This document shows positions 19,629-27,660 of a DNA stretch of 32,693 nt, in pieces. Source of the DNA: Pseudomonadota bacterium. GTDB lineage: Bacteria; Pseudomonadota; Gammaproteobacteria; Xanthomonadales; Xanthomonadaceae. The notes under the pieces were generated by a model, which saw nothing but the letters and a program-made list of their open reading frames with translations, ran no database searches and was not told where the DNA came from. Positions within the stretch are counted from its first letter, which is position 1; each line of letters opens with the position of its first letter. The DNA lies in contig JANXZP010000087.1 of the NCBI GenBank assembly GCA_025355485.1, positions 1 through 32,693 on the forward strand, in the 5' to 3' direction. Made by a program: the position numbers and the translations under genes.

Positions 19629-20755
19629 GCGACGCATCTTCGCTGCCGGTGCTGGCATTGAACGCGGGCTCGTCGTCGCTGAAGTTCGGCCTGTACCTCG
19701 TCGACGCGCGCACGAACCGATTGCTCGTGTCGGGCATGGCCGACACGGTCGGGGGCCGTGGCGGCCCATTCAGCGTCAAGGACGCCGACGGCAACGCATT
19801 GGATTGCGATGCGCGACCGACCGCGACGCCGCGCGAAGCGGTCGAGCGCATCGCCGGTCTGCTCGCCGCGCAGCGCATGCCCGCACCGGCCGCCATTGGC
19901 CATCGCATCGTCCATGGCGGACCGGCGTGTCGTCGCCACGCATTGATTGACGCGGCGGTGACAAGGCAACTCGAAGACGCGGCGGTGTTCGCGCCCTTGC
20001 ATGTGCCGCCCGCGCTGGCGTTGGTCCGTTCCGCGCAGGAATGCTTTCCCGGCATCCCGCAAGTCGCGTGCCTGGACATCGCGTTCCATGCGGGCATGCC
20101 GGAGATCGCGCGCACGTTGCCGCTCCCTCGCGCTCTGCGCGAGCAGGGCATCGAACGCTACGGTTTCCACGGGCTGTCGTGCGAATCGATCGTGCGCCAA
20201 CTGGCCGCCGATCTCCCGCCGCGACTTGTGATCGCCCACCTGGGCCACGGCGCGAGCGTGACCGCGGTTGCGAAGGGACAATCCATCGACACCAGCATGG
20301 GGCTGACCCCGAGCGGCGGGGTGATCATGAGCACGCGTTGCGGCGACATCGATCCTGGCATCCTCGAATACCTCGTGCGCGAGTTGCACTACGACGCGGC
20401 GCAGCTCGAAGAGCTGATCGATCACCAATCGGGGATGCAGGGGATTTCCGATCTCAGCGGCGACATGCGCGAGCTGCGCGCAGCGGCTGCATCGAATGAC
20501 GATGCACGGCTGGCGATCGCGATGTTCTGCCATTCGGTGCGCAAGCAGATTGGCGCGATGGCCGCGGCTCTGGGCGGGATCGACATGCTCGTTTTTACCG
20601 GCGGTATCGGCGAGAACGACGCGGCGACGCACAGGACCATCTGCGAAGGCATGGATTGGCTTGGTGTCGGCATCGGGTCGGCAATCGTACGGGTGATGCC
20701 GTCGCAGGAAGATGCGCAGATCGTGCAGCACACTTGGCGGATCACTGCGCGATAG
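19625..20755 (+). CDS. ackA: Acetate/propionate kinase
   Basis: ATG at 19625 overlaps the xfp stop (ATGA). Motifs [45 protein letters not shown] and FTGGIGEN. Confidence 0.93.
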   Translation: MSDASSLPVLALNAGSSSLKFGLYLVDARTNRLLVSGMADTVGGRGGPFSVKDADGNALDCDARPTATPREAVERIAGLLAAQRMPAPAAIGHRIVHGGPACRRHALIDAAVTRQLEDAAVFAPLHVPPALALVRSAQECFPGIPQVACLDIAFHAGMPEIARTLPLPRALREQGIERYGFHGLSCESIVRQLAADLPPRLVIAHLGHGASVTAVAKGQSIDTSMGLTPSGGVIMSTRCGDIDPGILEYLVRELHYDAAQLEELIDHQSGMQGISDLSGDMRELRAAAASNDDARLAIAMFCHSVRKQIGAMAAALGGIDMLVFTGGIGENDAATHRTICEGMDWLGVGIGSAIVRVMPSQEDAQIVQHTWRITAR

Positions 20756-20776
20756 ATCTCCGCGTGGCCACGGCCG

Positions 20777-22117
20777 TCATGCGTGCGGCGCGGGTACGAC
20801 AATCCCGCCGCCTGCCGGGTCCAGCCATCCGCCCTCGAATCCAGCGCGGCGCAGGCCGTCGACGATGTACCGGCAGCCGCGCATCAAATCCCAGACCATG
20901 CCGCTGCGATGGTTCTCGGTCATCAACACGATCGGGCCGAGATTCAATCCGAAGTGCCATGGCGAAATCCAGCCGCAGGTCGAGCCTGGCTCGCCGTGAA
21001 ACGTGGAGTTGAAGGTCGCCTTGAAGCCATAGCGATGGCCGTCGTGCAATTCCAATGTGTGCATGTAGTGATGGATCGCCGGCAACACGATCTCCGGCGC
21101 GAACGGCAACGACGCGACCACCGCCCACGGCGCCAGCGTGCCATCGTCGATGCCATACGGCGCGCCGCGACCTTCGTAATCGTAGAAACGGCGTTCGACC
21201 CCGTTGATCGTCATGACCGCAGGACCCGGCCCGTCGCTCGCGGTGATTCCCCAGCAGTGTCCGCAGTAGCCATCGAAACCCAGTGTATTGTCGATCGCAT
21301 AGCGTTGCTGCACGTGCGTCGCGCGACGGCTGTTCTCGAAATAGTCGATGCCCTTGGCACGCATGAACGCATCCTGGATGCCGCGAAAATCGATCCACAC
21401 ATGCGACAGCTGATGGATGAACAACGGTCCCGCGTACAGATAGTCCAGGTCGTAACAGTTCTTCCACTCGTAGGTCGAACACCATGCCTGGTAAGCGCTC
21501 GCCGGCAGCGGATGCGTGGGCGATCCCAGCGCGAGCGTGTACAACAGCAGCGCCTCGTCGTAGCCCTGCCAACGGCATTTCAGGAATCCGGATTCGGGTT
21601 TCCATCCATGGCAAAGGGTATCGCCGCCGGTTTGCGCCCACTGCCAGTCGGCGCGCAGATAAAGATCGTTCGCCAGCGTGCGGATCTCGTGTTGATCGGC
21701 AGTCTCATCGGCGAAGTACGCCGCGGCCGTCAGCATCCCGGCCAGCAGGAACGCGCTGTCCACGGTCGACAGTTCGCACTCCCATGCGCGCCGGCCGGTC
21801 TTCATGTCGAGGAAGTGGTAGTAGAAACCGCGATAGCCGGTGCTATCCGGCTCGGTGCCCTGCGGGCTGTCCCGGAAGAATCGCAAGGTCGCGAGCGTGC
21901 GTTCGATCGCCTGGTCCTTCGCCATCAATCCACGCTCGACCGCGACCGGATACGACGCCAGCGCAAGCCCTGTTGCGGCGATGCTGGCCGGCCACGATGG
22001 CGCCGTCTTGTCGAGCACCAGCCCGTTCAGCGGATTCGTTTCGTGCTGGAAATAGGCGAACGCAGATCGCTGCAGATGCTGCAATAGTTGTTCAACAGGC
22101 GATTGCGTGGAATGCAT
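20777..22117 (-). CDS. Glucoamylase-family (PF10091-type) protein, probable GH144 beta-1,2-glucanase, no signal peptide
   Basis: Motifs SIAATGLAL, GFYYHFLD, ELSTVDSAFL, GWKPE, WQGYDEALLLY, GPLFIHQLSH, DYFENSRRAT and WGITAS. N-terminus is hydrophilic. Confidence 0.85.
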   Translation of the reverse strand: MHSTQSPVEQLLQHLQRSAFAYFQHETNPLNGLVLDKTAPSWPASIAATGLALASYPVAVERGLMAKDQAIERTLATLRFFRDSPQGTEPDSTGYRGFYYHFLDMKTGRRAWECELSTVDSAFLLAGMLTAAAYFADETADQHEIRTLANDLYLRADWQWAQTGGDTLCHGWKPESGFLKCRWQGYDEALLLYTLALGSPTHPLPASAYQAWCSTYEWKNCYDLDYLYAGPLFIHQLSHVWIDFRGIQDAFMRAKGIDYFENSRRATHVQQRYAIDNTLGFDGYCGHCWGITASDGPGPAVMTINGVERRFYDYEGRGAPYGIDDGTLAPWAVVASLPFAPEIVLPAIHHYMHTLELHDGHRYGFKATFNSTFHGEPGSTCGWISPWHFGLNLGPIVLMTENHRSGMVWDLMRGCRYIVDGLRRAGFEGGWLDPAGGGIVVPAPHA

Positions 22118-22196
22118 GGGCTATCGATAGATCCGCCTCGACTCAAGCGGACTGCCCAAGCCGCAACAGGACAATACATCCCCCGTCTGGATTGTT

Positions 22197-22487
22197 CTAC
22201 GGCTTTCGATTCCAGTCGGTGATCCAGGTTCGCGCACGCTTTCGCAAGGCGATACGCAGGCCGCCTTCGATGACGGACAACTTCGTGCGCTGGCCATAAA
22301 TGCCGATGGTAGCGTGCGGCGAAATTTCCTGCAGGAGATCTGCACGCGTCGCAAAGACATAGCCACGATCATCGGTCCACACGGTTTTTGTCTTGCTGTC
22401 CAACGCTCGATGAACCTTCTTCGACAGGGGCTGCAGCGCGTCGTACAGACGTCCAAGCGGGGCTCCTTCAGAGAATTGCTTGTTCAT
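22197..22487 (-). CDS. Hypothetical protein (96 aa)
   Basis: GGAGG RBS 5 nt before ATG 22487 (MNKQFSEGAPLGRL...). Globular-looking composition. Confidence 0.7.
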   Translation of the reverse strand: MNKQFSEGAPLGRLYDALQPLSKKVHRALDSKTKTVWTDDRGYVFATRADLLQEISPHATIGIYGQRTKLSVIEGGLRIALRKRARTWITDWNRKP

Positions 22488-22684
22488 TGGATCCTCCGAA
22501 AAACAGTTGGCATGCAATGTTCTGCATCAAGCGGGGTATGGCTTTGAATCAGTGCGGCCGCGAAAAAAAGCGGAGACCAGCTCGCGCCAGTCCCCGCCCT
22601 TCGCCCACATCCTTATCGGCCTGCATCGGTCATATCCATTTGACCCGAACTTCATGCGATGCCATCGGCTCGCGTTCGCCACCA

Positions 22685-23020
22685 TCAGTTGTCTTTCGCG
22701 CGGGTGCCACGTCGCATGCGTTGCCACACGGCACGAAAGCGATGCTGGACTTTGCCCCAAGATGACTCCTCGGGTTGGCTGTAGCGCGGGTGGCAATGCA
22801 GGTCATGGCTATCGATGCGCACGACAACACCTTCTGGATCGGGTGCTACTAGCGGCGTCGGCATTGCCCGGTAACGGTTACGTGTGCTGCGAATGGTATT
22901 CGGGTAGTTGATGCCGGACTCTTCCTCGATCGAGATCGACGGATCCGATCCGGTCTCCATGCGGCCGGCCGTTTCGTTGGCAGTCGATGTAGGAAGACGG
23001 ATATAGCGAAGCTCGGTCAT
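22685..23020 (-). CDS. Hypothetical protein (111 aa)
   Basis: GGAGG RBS 6 nt before ATG 23020. Lies directly downstream of the predicted class II promoter at 23078-23120. Confidence 0.6.
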   Translation of the reverse strand: MTELRYIRLPTSTANETAGRMETGSDPSISIEEESGINYPNTIRSTRNRYRAMPTPLVAPDPEGVVVRIDSHDLHCHPRYSQPEESSWGKVQHRFRAVWQRMRRGTRAKDN

Positions 23021-23077
23021 AGCGTTCCTCCATGATTGTTCGCGCGTCGAGTCCCCGCCGCGCTTGGCCTCAAATCG

Positions 23078-23146
23078 AGGCTAGTCCCCGCGTATCCTCG
23101 GGTCTGTTCGCTAGCGCACGTTGAAATCTTCGTGCACTGGTGCACG
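23078..23146 (-). promoter_or_regulatory. Putative class II Crp/Fnr-type promoter: box CGTGCG-CTAG-CGAACA (23120-23105), -10 TAGCCT (23083-23078), plus upstream palindrome CGTGCA-N4-TGCACG (23131-23146)
   Basis: Box centre 23112.5 is at -41.5 relative to the -10 hexamer. A second inverted repeat with perfect 6-bp arms and the same 6-4-6 layout lies 26 bp further upstream. Located just downstream of the Crp/Fnr gene. Confidence 0.65.
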
Positions 23147-23191
23147 GCGGCGAGCAATCGGGCATTGTGTTGACCGAGCTATTGATAGCGA

Positions 23192-23911
23192 TCAGGTCGC
23201 AATGCTTGCCGGGAGCAGTCGATCGTATTCGTTCTTGACCACGGCATAGCATTCGCAGGTACGTCGCTCGAGTCCGGCGCGGTCGAGCACGGTGATGTGG
23301 CCGCGTTGGTAGTCGATCAGCCTGGCACGATGCAGTTGGCCGGCAGCTTCGGTGACGCCTTCGCGGCGCACGCCCAGCATGTTGGCGATGAGCTCCTGGG
23401 TCATCACCAGTTCGTTCGACTGCAGGCGGTCCAGACTCAGCAGCAGCCAGCGGCACAACTGCTGGTCCAGCGAATGGTGCCGGTTGCAGACCGCAGTCTG
23501 CGCCATCTGGGTGATGAGGGCCTGGGTGTAGCGCAGCAGCAGGTGCAGCAACGGGCCGGCCCGGCCGAACTCCTGCATCATCATGTTCGCCTTCAGCCGG
23601 AAACCCTGCCCAGCGCTCTGCACGACCGCGCGGCTCGGCGTCGAGTTGCCGCCCATGAACAGCGAAATGCCAACGATGCCTTCGCGACCGACGACAGCGA
23701 TCTCGGCCGACGATCCGTTTTCCATCACGTACAGCAGCGAGACGATCGACGTCGCCGGAAAGTACACATGGGCCAACTTGCCGCCCGACTCGTAAAGCAC
23801 CTTGCCGAGCGGCATGGCCACCGCTTCCAGATGCGGCAACAAACGCTCCCATTCGGCGTTGGGGAGCGCCGCAAGCAGCCGGTTCTGTCGTGGCTCGGTA
23901 TCGACGACCAT
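23192..23911 (-). CDS. Crp/Fnr family transcriptional regulator
   Basis: NRLLAALP N-terminus, cNMP-binding-like beta-roll (VYFP...VGREGIVG) and HTH TQELIANMLGVRREGVTEAAGQL. No N-terminal FNR Cys cluster. Confidence 0.93.
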   Translation of the reverse strand: MVVDTEPRQNRLLAALPNAEWERLLPHLEAVAMPLGKVLYESGGKLAHVYFPATSIVSLLYVMENGSSAEIAVVGREGIVGISLFMGGNSTPSRAVVQSAGQGFRLKANMMMQEFGRAGPLLHLLLRYTQALITQMAQTAVCNRHHSLDQQLCRWLLLSLDRLQSNELVMTQELIANMLGVRREGVTEAAGQLHRARLIDYQRGHITVLDRAGLERRTCECYAVVKNEYDRLLPASIAT

Positions 23912-24119
23912 GACCCCCCCGCGCGTAGGCAGACCGAGGATCCACCAATGGGCAGGTCATCACCCAGCAAGAATCGCGCGAAATTTTCTAGAACGGTGCG
24001 CGAAGGCTCTGCAATACCCTGTGAATCGCGTCTGCCGCGTGGCTGTTTCGTGGTCACCGATAGGGTCGGGCCACTAATCAAGGCACGTGAATTGAGTGAA
24101 CATGCGCAACGTTTGGCCG

Positions 24120-25070
24120 CTACGGAAGTTGACCCTGTTGGTTCGGGGCTGGCCTCACGCTCCGGTGCAATTTAATGCCGTCGTAAATCAGCGTGAAAGC
24201 GACGATCAGCACCATGAAACCCTTGACCGTTCGATCGCTGCCTGGCGCCATGAACACCGGACCGTCCACGACGGTCCACGCCATCACGGCGCAAGTGGCC
24301 AGGCCCAGTCCGGTTTCCATGCGGCGCAGCAGGGCCGACCAGCGGCCTTTCGCGATCACCGCAAGCAACAGCGGAACGTTGAGCAGGATGAGCACGAGCA
24401 GGACAAGGGCCTGGCGCCCAAGAAACGTGTCGGTGTATGTAAGCGCCCGATAAGCCGCAGGCGCCGCTCGACCAGCCCAAAAGAAATCCAGCAGCCAGTG
24501 TGGATCGACGAGCGCGAATGTCCCGCACAGGATGCCTACAATGCCCAACACCAAGGTTGCGCGGCTGCCGTGGATACGATCCTCCGCGCGCGGCTTCCAT
24601 TCCGAGGCTTGCGGCCACCTGAAACGGGTCCACGAGGTTGCGCCGAAGCTCACGACCAACAGGCCCGGCCACCACAGGGAAGCAATCACCGTGGCTCCCC
24701 ACCACTGGCCCAGTGCACTGAGGAAGTCCGATCCGGAACCGATGGGTTGCTGCAGGCGCATAAACAGCCCGCCGATCCAGATGATCGCCAGGCCGATGCC
24801 GGCAGCTCGCAGGAAAGCGTGCCCGTCCGCGGGATCGATGAGGGTCAGCGTCGGACGATAGCGCGCGGCCACTTCCGCGGGCCGACCAAAACCATTCAGG
24901 AACTCGACCGCCATCGCTGCATCGGCGGCGCGCCCGGAGGCGTCGGCCTTGTCCTGCAATCCTTCGTTGATCAATGCGCGCAATTCAAACGCCACATCGT
25001 TGCGTTGCTTGCGTGGCAACTGCACGGCTACGTCGGTGACGTAGGATTCGATCACCTCATTCGCGTTCAT
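24120..25070 (-). CDS. PadR-associated membrane protein (N-terminal helical HAAS-like domain plus several TM helices)
   Basis: ATG 25070 lies 2 nt after the padR stop. IESYVTDVAVQLPRKQRNDVAFELRALI...FGRPAEVAARY is followed by hydrophobic segments. Confidence 0.8.
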   Translation of the reverse strand: MNANEVIESYVTDVAVQLPRKQRNDVAFELRALINEGLQDKADASGRAADAAMAVEFLNGFGRPAEVAARYRPTLTLIDPADGHAFLRAAGIGLAIIWIGGLFMRLQQPIGSGSDFLSALGQWWGATVIASLWWPGLLVVSFGATSWTRFRWPQASEWKPRAEDRIHGSRATLVLGIVGILCGTFALVDPHWLLDFFWAGRAAPAAYRALTYTDTFLGRQALVLLVLILLNVPLLLAVIAKGRWSALLRRMETGLGLATCAVMAWTVVDGPVFMAPGSDRTVKGFMVLIVAFTLIYDGIKLHRSVRPAPNQQGQLP

Positions 25071-25072
25071 TG

Positions 25073-25408
25073 TCAGTCCTCTTTCAGTAGTCGATTCATT
25101 GCGCTGTTCATGCCCTGCCATGACTCGGTGAGCTTCTTCAGCAATTTCCGGCCGTCCGCATTCAGTGAGTAGTAACGCCGCGGCGACCCGCCTTCGGTGT
25201 TCCACTCGCTCTTGAGCAAACCCTGCGTTTCGAGGCGGCGCAGCAACGGATACAGCGTGCCCTCTTCGATAGCCATTCCCTTGTCCGCCAGAGCCTGCCG
25301 CAGCTCATATCCATAGCGCGGAGCACGCAATTGCGAGAGCGTGGCCACCACCACGACCCCGCGCCGCAGCTCGAGCTCCAATTTGCCGAAAGCGCCTGAG
25401 TCACCCAT
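25073..25408 (-). CDS. PadR family transcriptional regulator
   Basis: Motifs ELRRG, YGYELRQ, EEGTLYPLLRRLE and RRYYSL. ATG at 25408. Confidence 0.92.
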   Translation of the reverse strand: MGDSGAFGKLELELRRGVVVVATLSQLRAPRYGYELRQALADKGMAIEEGTLYPLLRRLETQGLLKSEWNTEGGSPRRYYSLNADGRKLLKKLTESWQGMNSAMNRLLKED

Positions 25409-25413
25409 GGGAC

Positions 25414-25444
25414 ACACAGTACTGTGTAACGCACAGTATGTCAA
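25414..25444 (-). promoter_or_regulatory. Sigma70 promoter TTGACA-N17-TACTGT overlapped by inverted repeats (probable PadR operator)
   Basis: -35 at 25444-25439 and -10 at 25421-25416. Palindromes ACACAGTACTGTGT (25414-25427) and TACTGTG-N5-CACAGTA (25420-25438). Confidence 0.8.
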
Positions 25445-25598
25445 GCATGTTTTTCCAGGGACTGGCGATTCCCCGCGGCTACGATGCTTTCACGCACAGT
25501 TGCAGCATCGCCAAGGCGTGACGCAGGGCCGGGCTTCGCCAACTGCCCCCGACTCCGTTACCGTTGCTGTGCCTGATGCAGGACGCGCAACGCAATTG

Positions 25599-26789
25599 AT
25601 GAGCGAGATGACCGAAACTTTCGATGCGCTGATCATCGGCGGCGGCGCGGCCGGGCTGATGTGCGCGATCACTGCCGGCCAGCGCGGGCGGCGCGTGCTG
25701 GTGATCGAACACGCCAACCGGGTCGGCAAGAAGATCCTGATGTCCGGCGGCGGGCGCTGCAATTTCACCAATACCGGCACCACGCCGGAGAATTTCCTCT
25801 CGGCCAATCCGCATTTCTGCAAGTCGGCGCTCGCGCGCTACAGGCCGGCGGATTTCATCGCGATGGTCGAGCGCCACGGCATCGCCTATCACGAGAAGGA
25901 ACTCGGACAACTGTTCTGCGACGAATCATCGAAGCAGATCGTGCGCATGCTGCTGGACGAATGCGCGGCGGCGGGCGTGCGGGTCGAAACCAGTTGCAGC
26001 GTCGAGCGCGTGCAACAGCTCGCCGGTGGATTCCGGCTCGACACCACGCTCGGCGTATTCGACGCGCCGTCGCTGGTGATCGCGAGCGGCGGCTTGTCGA
26101 TCCCGAGCATGGGTGCTAGCGGTTTCGGTTACGCGATCGCGCAGCAGTTTGGCCACAGCGTGCTGCCGACCCGCGCGGGACTGGTGCCATTGACGCTCAG
26201 CGGCAGGCACCAGGAGCGCCTGCAGGATATGAGCGGTGTCGCGCTGCCGATCGAGGCGCGTTGCAACGGCAAGAGCTTTCGCGGCGCGATGCTGATCACC
26301 CATCGCGGCATCAGCGGTCCGGCGATCCTGCAGATTTCCTCGTACTGGCAACCGGGCGACGACCTGCGCATCGACCTGCTGCCGGATCGCGATGCGCTCG
26401 CATGGCTGCGCGACCAGCAATCGCAACGGCCTGCGGCGGAATTCAAGAACGTGCTCGCCGATGCGTTGCCGCGACGATTCGCGATCCGCCTGTGCGAGTT
26501 GTGGCTGCCGAACAAACCGATGCGCCAGTATCGCGATGCCGAACTGCTCGAGATCGCGGCGCAGTTGCAGGAATGGCCGCTGATCGCCAGCGGCACCGAA
26601 GGCTACCGCACCGCCGAAGTCACCCTCGGCGGCATCGACACCAACGAACTGTCGTCGACCACGATGCAATCGCGCCGCGTCCCCGGCCTGTATTTCATCG
26701 GCGAGGCCGTCGACGTTACCGGCTGGCTCGGCGGCTACAACTTCCAGTGGGCATGGGCATCGGGGCATGCCGCGGGCGAAGTGGTGTAA
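25599..26789 (+). CDS. HI0933/YhiN/BaiN-family NAD(P)/FAD-dependent oxidoreductase
   Basis: Motifs IIGGGAAG, GKKILMSGGGRCNFTN, THRGISGPAIL, AEVTLGG and GWLGGYNFQWAWASG. Start at 25599 or 25608. Confidence 0.93.
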   Translation: MSEMTETFDALIIGGGAAGLMCAITAGQRGRRVLVIEHANRVGKKILMSGGGRCNFTNTGTTPENFLSANPHFCKSALARYRPADFIAMVERHGIAYHEKELGQLFCDESSKQIVRMLLDECAAAGVRVETSCSVERVQQLAGGFRLDTTLGVFDAPSLVIASGGLSIPSMGASGFGYAIAQQFGHSVLPTRAGLVPLTLSGRHQERLQDMSGVALPIEARCNGKSFRGAMLITHRGISGPAILQISSYWQPGDDLRIDLLPDRDALAWLRDQQSQRPAAEFKNVLADALPRRFAIRLCELWLPNKPMRQYRDAELLEIAAQLQEWPLIASGTEGYRTAEVTLGGIDTNELSSTTMQSRRVPGLYFIGEAVDVTGWLGGYNFQWAWASGHAAGEVV

Positions 26790-26850
26790 CGATGCTGCTT
26801 GGCGGACGGAGGCAGTTGATTTCAGAACCACCTCCGTCCCTTGCCGTGGT

Positions 26851-27201
26851 TCACATCCCTGGAATCGGCAGGCGCTCCATCACCTCGATCGCATCGCCCG
26901 GGAAGATCATGAAATGCGGGTGGTTCTCGAACAGTTTCGCGGCGGCTTCGTGCGATTCGGCCTGGACGACCGTGTAGGCGCCCATCTCGTTGCGGACCTC
27001 CACGATGCCCTGTTTCGAGATGCGCTTGGTCTTGCCGAGCGGACCGCCCATGTCGACGATTGCCGTCGAATTCGCCTGCGCCCATGCCTGCCATGCCTGC
27101 ATGCCGGAGGCTTCCTTCGGCTTGCGCTGGTCGTCGTCCATCTTCTTCCACGCGTCCATGCCCGCTGCGGAACCGAGATAGACGGCTAGAAAATTCTTCA
27201 T
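26851..27201 (-). CDS. YCII-related domain protein
   Basis: 116 aa from ATG 27201 with AAAGGA RBS. Motifs MKNFLAVY, GGPLGKTKR, GAYTVVQAESHEAAAKLFENHPHF and IEVME. Confidence 0.8.
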   Translation of the reverse strand: MKNFLAVYLGSAAGMDAWKKMDDDQRKPKEASGMQAWQAWAQANSTAIVDMGGPLGKTKRISKQGIVEVRNEMGAYTVVQAESHEAAAKLFENHPHFMIFPGDAIEVMERLPIPGM

Positions 27202-27400
27202 GGCAATTCCTTTTGTTGGGTTTGTTGCGGATGGCGCGCCGGAAATCACCGGCGTCGCCAAGGAACCGTAGTCGCCGGCGCATGAACTTCGCATTAAGTA
27301 CCGGGCCGGGAGAGCCACCTGCTTCTGGAACAGATCATCGAACAAAGGGTGGAGTAAATTGTCGATTCAATCCGATATTTACTCTGGCCCCTCTGTGCGG

Positions 27401-27631
27401 GCGCAGTTGAAATACTGGCCGCTGATCGCCAGCGGCACCGAAGGCTACCGCACCGCCGAAGTCGCCCTCGGCGGTATCGACGCCGACGAACTGTCGTCAA
27501 CCACAATGGAATCAAGGCGCGTGCGCGGACTGTATTTCATCGGCGAGGCCGTCGATGTCGCCGGCTGGCTCGGCGGCTACAACTTCCAGTGGGCATGGGC
27601 GTCGGGGCACGCTGCGGGCGAGGTGGTGTAA
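27401..27631 (+). pseudogene. Duplicated 3' fragment (76 codons) of the HI0933/YhiN-family gene
   Basis: Translates to AQLKYWPLIASGTEGYRTAEV...GGYNFQWAWASGHAAGEVV*. Lacks the N-terminal ~320 aa. Confidence 0.88.
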
Positions 27632-27660
27632 TGATGCCGCTTCACGCGACAGGGAAACCG

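Larger units (their letters stand above)
26558..27642 (+). repeat. About 243-bp imperfect direct repeat (26558-26800 and 27400-27642) bracketing the YCII-like gene
   Basis: Manual alignment at offset 842 gives about 24 mismatches across the 77 aligned codons (about 90% identity). Similarity continues about 11 nt past the stop codon. Confidence 0.93.

Noticed and set aside
23995..24010. Possible autoregulatory Crp box upstream of the regulator (GGTGCG-CGAA-GGCTCT)
   Set aside because: Only one half-site matches and there is no -10 at the class II spacing.
24082..24096. Sigma54-like AGGCACG-N4-TTGA
   Set aside because: It lacks the invariant -12 GC and points into the 3' end of an opposite-strand gene.
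27082..27105. Short tandem repeat ccatgcctg
   Set aside because: It encodes MQAWQAW within the YCII-like gene. Not a CRISPR or phase-variation tract; no CRISPR array was seen anywhere in the window.
26558..27642. Repeat pair as a diversity-generating retroelement TR/VR
   Set aside because: Mismatches are not adenine-specific and are mostly synonymous. No reverse transcriptase is present.
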